In this document: positions 54,430 to 64,000 of the stretch, in pieces | Numbering within the stretch: position 1 is the first letter of the stretch | How the letters are laid out: each line of letters begins with the position of its first letter | Assembly (NCBI GenBank): GCA_963693365.1 | Contig: CAVNZM010000009.1 | Coordinates: 6,664,171 to 6,728,170, forward strand | Reading direction: 5' to 3' | Origin: Amoebidium appalachense | Lineage: Eukaryota > Protista > Ichthyosporea | Length of the DNA: 64,000 nt | The notes under the pieces: generated by a model | The model's database searches: none | Told to the model about the DNA's origin: nothing | The model's input: only the letters and a program-made list of their open reading frames with translations | Program-made: the position numbers and the translations under genes

Positions 54430-55911
54430 GGGGAAGGGGAAGGGGGGAGTTGGTGAACGAAAGAAAGCGACGACAAGAAGAAGGGAAGTGGGGAGAGGTC
54501 GGATTGGGAATGTTAACTGAGAAGGGTCATCAGAATTGGTTGCCACCCAGTTAACAACTGATTCTTGTATGAATGTGCATTGGTATGTTGCTGGAAATAC
54601 TGACTGTATTCGGGCCAAATGTCTGCACACTTCTGCGGGTGACCACGTGTGTGTGTGTGTGTGTGTGTGTTGTGTGCGGGCTTATGTTTGCGTGCCCTGA
54701 TGCACGAGCTCATGTGTGTGTGTGTGCACGTGTGTGTGAGTATGTGTGTGTGTGGGGGGGGGGGGGGGGGGGGGGGGGGAGGGGGGGGGGGGGGGGGGGG
54801 GGGGGGCTGGAGGGCCTGGGGCAGCAACAACAATACCTGAGGGACCCGAGACAGCCCATCGTCGTCCTCATCACTACCGATCACCATCGCCTGAAAAATA
54901 CCTTTTGCACTCTCGCCATGAGCAACCCATGGAGGGGGGGATACGTTTGAGAGTGGACTGCCTGCCAACCTCCCTTCGCTATGTGTTTGGCTCCTTTGCC
55001 TAGTATGGGCAGATGCAGATCGCGTACGTGTAGTATGTGCCTGTACACGTTCACCATCAGGTGATGATGACGATGTTGTTTCCGGGAAAAAATCGGGTGG
55101 ATTGCGTGGCGAAGATGGGAATCTAGGTGTGGATGGTTGGTTCTGTGGGCGTGCGGCGGGAATGTTGGTGATGTGGGAAAGTGACGGGGGGGACGCAGAA
55201 GATGAAGGAATACTCTCTTGGCTTCCACGCCTAGAACCCGCCTGGGGGGTGTGGCCATGGGTGCTGGCGGCAGTGGCAGACGACCTCGCTTTCACCACCT
55301 CGATGATTCTTCTCAATGTTTGGTCAATTAGCTTCCCATCATCCGTGCAGAATGCAAATATTCGCATAATCTCCGAAATCTAGAACGACGCCGGCCACAG
55401 TAACTCGCCGGCTCTTGAGCTGACTGAAAGTGAAAGCGTAATTATACCTACATTCTCGCTCAGGGCTGGAAAGTATGATGCATTTCTCGCTAATGGTGAG
55501 TGTACATTGAGCCTTTGTGTTCAATCTTCCATGTGCATCACCGTCATTAACATAAACTTTCCCCACAAAGAAAAACTCATCTGTGGCCAGCGAGCGAAAT
55601 GCGCACAGGTGGTCGCAAACTATTAAAAACCCGTTTGAATCTACGGGAATAGGCGATATATCCAAACAAGCATACTCATCTTGCTCGGAACAGATGGAGA
55701 AATTTCGGTTTTTTTGAGGGTCATCATCGAGCCCCAGTATGGTCCATGACTCTGGCTCCTCCCTGTCCACTGAAGGATGTGTCGTTTTTGGGGATGGTGG
55801 GGGGTCCTGTGTTGAAAACTCAACCGTGAAATTTGGACGATGAGAGAGAGTTGCTGAACGCATACGGGTTGGTGGGCTTGCCCGTGAAAGTGATGGCTGT
55901 GTCTTCAGCAT
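51433..55911 (-). CDS. Adaptor-like protein with an IRS-type/talin-F3-like PTB domain and a long Ser/Pro-rich tail; apparently frameshifted (pseudogene or assembly error)
   Basis: Exons 55911-54837, 53129-52900, 52143-51433. LDFGDY(AN)/[24 protein letters not shown] matches the recalled talin F3 sequence LDFGDYQDGYYSVQTTEGEQIAQLIAGYIDIILK, but only across a frame change at ~55362. Further frame changes are likely at ~51870 and ~51705. Tyr motifs DEYACL, EMYLD, NEYVDI. Confidence 0.65.
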
Positions 55912-56720
55912 TTTTGTTTCATCTCAGAATTGTTGGCAAAGTAGGAACACGGTGGTCTTGTTTGGAGGCAATGTAGAGGGAGTGGGTCTACACTCACATC
56001 CGTAGTGTTGCTCTAGCTGTGAGAGGAGCGAGTGATGTTTTACACCTAGCACGTGCTTTTTTTAGAATTATTCTGCTTACGGTTCGTTTTGGCCCGTAAG
56101 GCGTTGTTAAATTTAGCTACTGCCACAGGTGCACATCACGAAGCTGACATGGCTAGCTGGTGTCTTGTGAGAAGAGGGTAACGGAGAAACCTTTTCGGCC
56201 TGCTGCTTGGACCCATGTTATGCTAAATCACAGCTGTAAAATGGTTATAAGCCTGGGAAAAGCACTTGTCACTCGTGGGTTTCTCTTGTCCTACAGATAC
56301 ATAATATGAGGAAAGCTCCCAAGTTCGTATCGCAACGAATTCACCCCTAGCCCAGCCTTGCACCGTTGCAACCGGCCGAACTTTCAGCGCCAGAAATGCT
56401 TACCGCAAGTTGCGTACAATAGGCCAGTTACTAAGCCCCACTGATTCATATTTATATCCTTTTTTTTGGTGAAAAACAAAGAATTCTTGCACTGTTAATA
56501 TATTAGCAAAAAATCATACAGTTTGAGAGCTAAAGCTAGCAAGTTCGCACGTTCTACCGTAGATTTTACACTCCTCCATGTGATGCGCGCTACGCCAATA
56601 ATCCGCACGAATAAATTGGACCTTCAGCGATTAGATCTAATTATTAGATGCGCATGCGCCAGGCTGCACGCAGAGCACATGCCACAACTAAGTGCACACA
56701 AAACCAGGCTCCAGGGCCAG

Positions 56721-56867
<147 letters not shown>

Positions 56868-56877
56868 CACGCACACA

Positions 56878-56923
<46 letters not shown>

Positions 56924-56981
56924 CACACACCCACACAAACACGCACACAGACGCATGTACATACACACGCACAGATGCACA

Positions 56982-57012
<31 letters not shown>

Positions 57013-57608
57013 GCACGCACACACGCACGCACACGCACACACACACAACAACACACATGTGCACACACACACACACGCACGTGCACACGCACGTGCACAC
57101 ACTCTGACACGCACACACACACACACGTGCACACGCACGTGCACACGCTGACACGCGCACACACACACACACACACGTGCTCAGACGCACACGCTGACAC
57201 ACACACACGCACACACACACACACACACCGTACACACACACACACGGGACACACGCATACACACGCACAAACACACCTACACAACCACGCATGCGCACGC
57301 ACATGTGCAATCCCCCCCCCCCCCCCCCCCCCCAAACACAAACACACGCAAATAATAATATAAAAGAGTTCTGCATCGGGAAAGTGTAGATGTGTGGAAT
57401 TTTTATTGGCATATTCTCAGACTGTTTCTGTGGGCGTGAATGCATGCAGGTAAGGAGTCCGTTAGGGGGGTTTATGCACTTTGTATTGCTGCGGACATCG
57501 TCAGGGGCCCAGCCTCACTTGACGGCCTACTGCGTTTTCCAGTGCAGCCAATCAAATGCAGCTAGTGACTTATGTACACTGTATGCAATAAAACAACCCT
57601 AGTATAGA

Positions 57609-58330
57609 TTATGGATAAGCAGAAGCTAGCATTGGTAGCTCCGAGAGAAAGTTAAGACACCGTATCACAATATCATACTGTGCAGCATTAATAAGGTGAT
57701 CTAACACGGTCATTTTATAACGGATATACTGGGGGAGAGAATTGGAAAAGAGAATAAATAAAGCCGCCCACAACCTCCGGTTCTACCACAATAGCTAACA
57801 GTGACACTTATTGATAGATGTGCATCCGCGAGTAAACCGCCCCCCCACACACATTACACGTACGAGCAGGAGACACCAAAAACCGATTACAGCGCCAAGA
57901 CATAATCATCTTTGCATATTTATACGACACAACATCATGAATAAACGAATCTATATAGGAGCGAGATTGTCTAACCGTATACGTATCTGCCATATAGGCT
58001 ACTAGTAGTTGGTGTTTTTGCTGACCTAACACTGGGAGGGACTCGACACGTAAAATAAAAAGGTATCTATCAGCCATAGACATAAGACTATTCATAACTA
58101 GTCACACTATGGTCCAGCCGTACCTCCGGTGGAGTCGCCAGCCACTCCGCATATCGCTCGACCATGGGCAGAGACGATGTGGAAGGGAAGAGGTGTGCAG
58201 CTGCATGTACAGCGCTACTGAATAGGCTCCAAAGTCCAAACACACACATGCAAGGCACCGGATGTTACTGGCTGTGGCATTACGAACACATGCATTAACT
58301 CTCCTTCTTTTTCAGACCGGTGACCTATCT
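57609..58330 (-). mobile_element. Decayed 3' fragment of a non-LTR retrotransposon ORF
   Basis: SWRCNRF...TCNVCGGAVYSRMH and, after frameshifts, MTVLDHLINAAQYDIVIRCLNFL parallel the C-terminus of the RT at 60273-61568 (FWRCNLY...CHFCAEPFSRKH...TSIDYLLNHGMFNEFSRVYDYL). Confidence 0.7.
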
Positions 58331-58940
58331 ACTCGAGCGAACACCATAATCATTCAGGACATGGGTTTTTTTTGTGTTTGTTTTGTTCCTTTGGTTTCGT
58401 TATTTAGTATAACCAATGGTTTAAGCCGCACCACCATGAAACGTTCCCAAAACGTAGCTGAGAGCAAAGGCTATCGATAGATACCAAGCATGTGGGGGTC
58501 TGGGATGGATGGACGAAGTCATGAGTGTCGGATGGACGACAGAAACACGTGTTTTTCCCTTATTTCCCCTTTGTTCTCTGCTTTACATAGAAAGAACTTC
58601 TAAAGGGTGGCCCTAAATGACCCCAAACTTCAGGAGAGTGTGTGGGTACACTTTAGGCACCTTGCCACCAAACATCATCACGAACATCCGAAAAGATCTG
58701 GTCCTTCACTATGGGCGCCCCAGGAGCCCCCTATCGCTATTTACACAGTGCCGAGTGCAAATACTTGCATAATGCTACAAATACAGCACACAGTGCACTT
58801 TTTTTTTTTTTCGCGTTCTATGCCTACCAGTACAACCATATCACAAAATACACTTTTCTACAACCCCTTTGTGGCAGTAAGGCAAGCTGAACCACGCATC
58901 ATAACAGTGCGATGGGATGCTGGTTGCACGCAGATGGCTG

Positions 58941-58995
<55 letters not shown>

Positions 58996-59186
58996 TGTGT
59001 GTGTTTGTGTCCGTGTGTGTGCGTGTGCGTGTCCCTGTGGTGTGTCTCTCTGTGGTATGTGTGTGTACATATTGACGAAGAGGGGGTGCATCTAGTCTGC
59101 AGTGGCCCCGCACGTGCCGCGGGGGGGGGGAGGGGGGGGGGGGGGGGGACCTTAGGGAGGAGGGAGAAGGGGAGAGGGGGTGACGG

Positions 59187-59217
<31 letters not shown>

Positions 59218-60155
59218 ATTGTAACCTAAAGCCTTTCCAGCGCAACTTAGCGTAATAGGACGCATAACTATGCAAGCCAGTAACAAAAGAACGTGCAAGT
59301 TGTTACGGTGTAGATGCTAGAAGGCCGCAGGCGGAGCGGCAGCGCCCTTGCGTGCACGCCCAGCCTCACAGTGAGGCAAAAGTAGCCGTGACGAAAGGAA
59401 CTGCAGGGGGTTGCCATTCTCTATGGCATCATAAATGGAAGTGGCTTAGGCTTTCCTCAGGCCTTGCGAGGGCACCTGATGCAGCGGCAAGACTTGCCAC
59501 CAGGTAGCGAGGAAAGGCTGTGCTTAGTCGCAAGATGGAGCACGAAGCCTTCGGGGCTCTCCGACCCCGGCTTTCCCAGCCACAGTTTGAACAAGGGGGC
59601 GGGTAACTTGCCCTGCTGTTTACAGAACAACGTGCAGTCACACTCTTACGCCTTCCCCCCACTAAAATACTTGTCAGATGCATGAAGTAGAACCTCCTAA
59701 CTCCCTCGGGCTGTTATTCCTAGGGCCTGCCCCTCATCACCGAGCATCATCACCCGGCTACAATGCTCGTTACCACCAACTACGTCGCTAAACGCAGTTG
59801 CAGTGCGTTCTCCTTGCCGTAAACACATATTATTGAGCACTTCGCAACAAAAGAGCAATGGTTGAGCGAGGAAAACAAAAGCGACAGTCGTTCGAAAAAC
59901 GAGACATGTGATCGATCAGTCGAGTAGGTGAAAAAATGGCGGGAAAAAAAACAAAAAAAAAAACAGCGCCGTCGAGTGCTTCGGGGCTCAATAGGGACCG
60001 CAACTTGCACAATATCGTTGTCCACCAAAGAGAAAAAAGTTAGTTGGGATAGTCCTCTAGCTGGGGGTACCAAGAAACCCTGGGTGCGGCGCCTACAAGA
60101 GGCCACACCCGGGGTCTCACGAAAATTGTACCAGACAATCGACTTTTGGGCTTGA

Positions 60156-61568
60156 ATTGTCGAATGGATACGACAATTTGCGCTATTTGACCGCACCCAT
60201 GGGGCTGCCGTTGTGAATGGGGTACTGAGTAACGGATTCAATCGTACTCGAGGCCTTTTATAGGGCTCACTTTTGAGTACCCTTCTCTTTGTTATTGACG
60301 ACTTAGCGGTAGAAATTCAACAATTTCCAGTTGCCGGCGACTCTTGTGTCTCCGGCCTTTTTTTCGCTGATGATATTGTCTTAGTCACTCACGATCCTTC
60401 TATCATGAATAACATGCTTTCTCGAGTAGATGACTGGTGTTTCCGAAATTTCATGAAAATTGGGATAGATAAATGCGGCACCTTTTCTTCCAATGCACAG
60501 TACACTCTGAACAATCAACCTATCCCAATCGTGTCCTCCTATGACTATTTAGGAATTCGTTTCACCTCTAAGGGTATCTGGTTTGAGCGCCATTTAAATT
60601 TGACTTCGCGCATTTCTCGTGCGCGTGGTCGCTTACATATCTATCAAGGAATATTCGCAAATATCTCTAATATTCATCCTGCCAATTTGCTCACTCTTTA
60701 TAAAGTTTTTCTTCGTCCATGTTTCGAATATGGCCTCCCGTTACTCTTGTGTGCCCCTCCACGGCAACAGCGCGCGGCTCTTCGGGAATTCGATACCTTT
60801 CAGCGTGAATTCATCCAGTTTATTTCTCGAACCTCGCGTAGGCATCCTTTGGCGGCTCCCTTGCTGAGTGTTTTTGGTCTCCCTCCGGCGCGCCAGCGTA
60901 TGAATGAATTAGGACTTCGCTTTTGTTTTCATTTGTTTAGGCTTCCTTCTTATCATCCTTTGTTGCAATTCTTTCCTTCTTTAGCACCTGTTCCCGGCAT
61001 TTCTAATGTTCGTGCGAAATGTCCTATCCCCAATCTCTCTCCCATTCCGAGATATCCTTTTAAATACTTATCTCCTTCATTTTTCTCTTCTACTAGTTAT
61101 CAGCATTATGTTACTTGGTTTCATACTCAATATCCTTTGCTTCATCGTTGTGATAAAGAGTATCATGGTAGGGCTCTTGAGCCTGTGCTTCTTTTTGTAT
61201 TAGAGACTCGCCTATTTTCTTTACAATCATTGTGTAAATTAGCTACTTATATTTATCCTTCCTCTCGTAAGCCTACCACACTTACCGATTTTGCAATTCT
61301 AACCCCTCCTTGTGACATAGCTTGGAAATGTTTATTTTGGCGCTGTAACCTTTATTTCCATAAATGTTTGTGCCACTTTTGTGCAGAACCTTTTTCTCGT
61401 AAACACTTAGATAGATGTATTTATTTATCTCAGATTATTCCGTTAGAAATTAGAAGACTGGCTTATTTAGATAATCCTGCTATTACGTCTATTGACTATC
61501 TGTTGAACCACGGTATGTTTAATGAGTTTTCTAGGGTGTATGATTATCTCCTCCGTATCCGAGAGTGA
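60156..61568 (+). mobile_element. 5'-truncated non-LTR (LINE-like) retrotransposon: RT C-terminal half plus CCHC knuckle
   Basis: AVVNGVLS..FNRTRGLL*GSLLS (canonical QG motif with TAG at 60261), LFFADDIVL, YDYLGIRF, LYKVFLRPCFEYG, C-terminal CHFC-x7-H-x3-C. Intronless and T-rich. Confidence 0.93.
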
Positions 61569-61589
61569 GGGCTTTTGTATTTCCTTCTC

Positions 61590-61642
61590 CGAGATATCGG
61601 TGATATCTCGATGGCTTCTATTTTGCTGAGCATATCAATAAA
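61590..61642 (+). other. LINE 3' UTR stem-loop and AATAAA
   Basis: Perfect CGAGATATC-GGT-GATATCTCG hairpin (61590-61610), 21 nt after the stop. AATAAA at 61637-61642. Confidence 0.6.
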
Positions 61643-61969
61643 GTCATTATAAATTTTTTTTGCGATGCCATTATACCTCCTGAACCCCCCCCCCCCCCCC
61701 CCCCCGTCCCCCTCCTGCGTGCAGGGGCACACCCCTATCTAGTACTTCCTATATAATTAAATATTACTCCTGCTGCAGAAGGCGTAAACTTCAGCCCACC
61801 ATACGATTTGTTTACTAAACCAAATGCAAACCGAACAAAGCAGCTGTTTTTCAATTCATGATGCAATCTCGCCAACAAGCATACGTGTTTCATAACGCTC
61901 AACGAAGAATGATCCATCAACTATAAATTACGAATTCATTCGATACTCGATATGATTGGCCAATAAAGG

Positions 61970-62317
61970 TCAGATAAGCATAGAGGAGGGTAAAGGCGCG
62001 AGAGCGGGAAGCGGTCCCTGCACCTCGTGCGACCACATGTTGGCGCACGGCGCATGGTACCTCCTGCCATCCACACACACCACCCCTCCATTCCCCCTGT
62101 ATCTGTCTTTCTTCGAATTCGCGCTTTCGGACACGCTGCCACCCAATTTGCTCTCTTCTTCCTCACCCGCAATTTCGTTTTCTCCCTGATCGGATGAGGC
62201 GGGGTTTTCCGCGGTGGAGTCTTGGGAGAGAGGTTGTGGGGGAACGCAAACGAGGCAAAGGCCACATAGGTCCTCCGTTGGGTGTTCGGTGTAGTCCTTG
62301 ATGGGTTCGTCCGGGGG

Positions 62318-62370
<53 letters not shown>

Positions 62371-62401
62371 TGTGCGCGTGTGTGCGTGCGTGTGTATGTA
62401 T

Positions 62402-62435
<34 letters not shown>

Positions 62436-62507
62436 GGACGGGAGGACGGGGGGGGGGGGGGGGAAGGGAGGGAGGGAGAGAGAGAGAGAGAGAGGGAAAG
62501 AGGGAGA

Positions 62508-62539
<32 letters not shown>

Positions 62540-62738
62540 TGTGGTGTGATTGATTGCATGAGAAGGGAAGTGCATAGGTGGAGAGATCAGGCGAGTGTCG
62601 ATGATTTATTATGGAAACCCCAGGCATGTCAACGTAACAGCTAAAAACCACTGTGCATGTCCCTCCCTTTAGAAGATATCAATATGTACTTCAAAAGAAA
62701 CCAAGAAGAGACCAAGAGCCCCCCCCCCCCTCCCCCCC

Positions 62739-62769
<31 letters not shown>

Positions 62770-62932
62770 TTACCACTGTCTTCAAACACACACAAACAAA
62801 AAAGTGCGAGAGAGAGAGAGAGAGAAAGGGGGGAGGGGGGGGGGGGGTATTTCTTCCTCTCTCCCCACATATGCAAACACGAAACGACAACTACACATAA
62901 CCAGACCCGAGCACACACATGGCACATGCAAG

Positions 62933-63007
<75 letters not shown>

Positions 63008-63209
63008 AAAAAAACAAACAAAAAAAACAAAACAAAACAAAAAAAAAAACACACAACCACCACCACGACCACACCCACCCCACCCACCCCACCCACCCGC
63101 CCACCCGCCCACCCACCCACCCACCCACACATACCCGCATGCCTGCCTTGCACACGTGTGATCTAACCTTAGTCCATGCCGTCCTTATGCCCCCCACCAT
63201 CCCCTGCAC

Positions 63210-63241
<32 letters not shown>

Positions 63242-63518
63242 CCCCCCCCCCCCCCCCCCCCCCCGCTACCCACCTACCCATACATACACACCACACCCGC
63301 ATGCCACACACAGACCCCCCCCCCTCCCCCTCCCCCCCCACACACACCCATTCAGCCACACACACACACACACGTACCAGCATGCCCGCCTTGTACACGT
63401 GTGGTCTGATCTTAGTCCATGCCGTGCGTATGTCCCCCACCATCCCCTGCACCTCAGACAGGGGCTGGGCTGCACTGCATGAGATGCGGCAGGCTAGGGA
63501 GGTAGAGCTCCATGATGG
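61970..63518 (-). CDS. SYNRG: Last two exons of a synergin-gamma-like protein (gene continues beyond the window)
   Basis: Exons 63518-63453 and 62317-61970 (phase 0). C-terminus LCGLCLV...[24 protein letters not shown] matches the recalled synergin-gamma motif CGVCLL...GGHQYHASCANFWINCV. Confidence 0.75.
63137..63453. repeat. ~75-bp direct duplication of donor-proximal intron sequence
   Basis: GCATGCC.GCCTTG.ACACGTGTG.TCT...CTTAGTCCATGCCGT...TATG.CCCCCACCATCCCCTGCACC at 63137-63210 and 63380-63453. Confidence 0.9.
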
Positions 63519-63566
63519 CTGTGTGTGTGTATGTGTACGCGTACGTGTACGTGTACGTGTACGTGT

Positions 63567-63637
<71 letters not shown>

Positions 63638-64000
63638 GGTGGTTGGGTGGGCATGGGGGAGGTCTTTGTAAGTGAGCATAGTGTGTGTGTGTGCCCGGGT
63701 GGGTGGGGGTGGCGGAGGCAATTGTAAGCAAGTATACTGTGTGTACGTGTCTGATAAATGTGTGCGCATGCACGTGTGTACACGGGTGTACGTGTGCGTG
63801 GATGTGCGTGCGTCTGTGGATGTGTGTGTACGTGTGGGTGTGTGTATGTGTGTCAGCGTGTAAGAATGTGGGTACGTGTGTGTAGTTGTGTATGCATGTG
63901 TGTGCGCACGAGTGTGGGCACGTATGCATATAATAGTGGGTACGTGCGTAGAGGTGCGTGTATGTACTTTGTACACATGTGTCAAGATGATATGTGTGCG

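Noticed and set aside
59933-59946. YY1/E2F-like AAAATGGCGGGAAA as promoter of the PTB gene
   Set aside because: A short motif 4 kb from the ATG with no transcript evidence. Plausible but unsupported.

Overview
Eukaryotic, intron-rich genomic DNA, extremely rich in (CA)n/(GT)n, (GA)n and long poly-G/poly-C runs. Most ORFs in the supplied track (poly-HT/CV/P/G) are microsatellite artefacts. Manual exon assembly gives five gene loci. (i) 1-22.7 kb: three paralogous copies (two direct, one inverted, at least two disabled) of an unrecognised multi-exon gene, with a Cys/His N-terminus, a possible ubiquitin-like segment and a C-terminal HMG-box-like region followed by CxCxxC. (ii) A ZNF704/ZNF395-like transcription factor on + (DUF4772-like region, one C2H2 finger, C-clamp). 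(iii) A convergent single-finger GATA factor on -, with unusual CX2C-X16-CX2C spacing and decayed duplicates of its 3' exons. (iv) A talin-F3/IRS-type PTB adaptor gene on - with apparent frameshifts. (v) The 3' end of a synergin-gamma-like gene. There are also two non-LTR retrotransposon remnants, several MITE-like elements and a 22-bp minisatellite. The gene content suggests a holozoan, possibly a unicellular relative of animals (inference only). The most striking window-wide signal is that many splice acceptors are (CA)n-AG with no U-rich polypyrimidine tract. All domain calls come from recalled motifs, not database searches.
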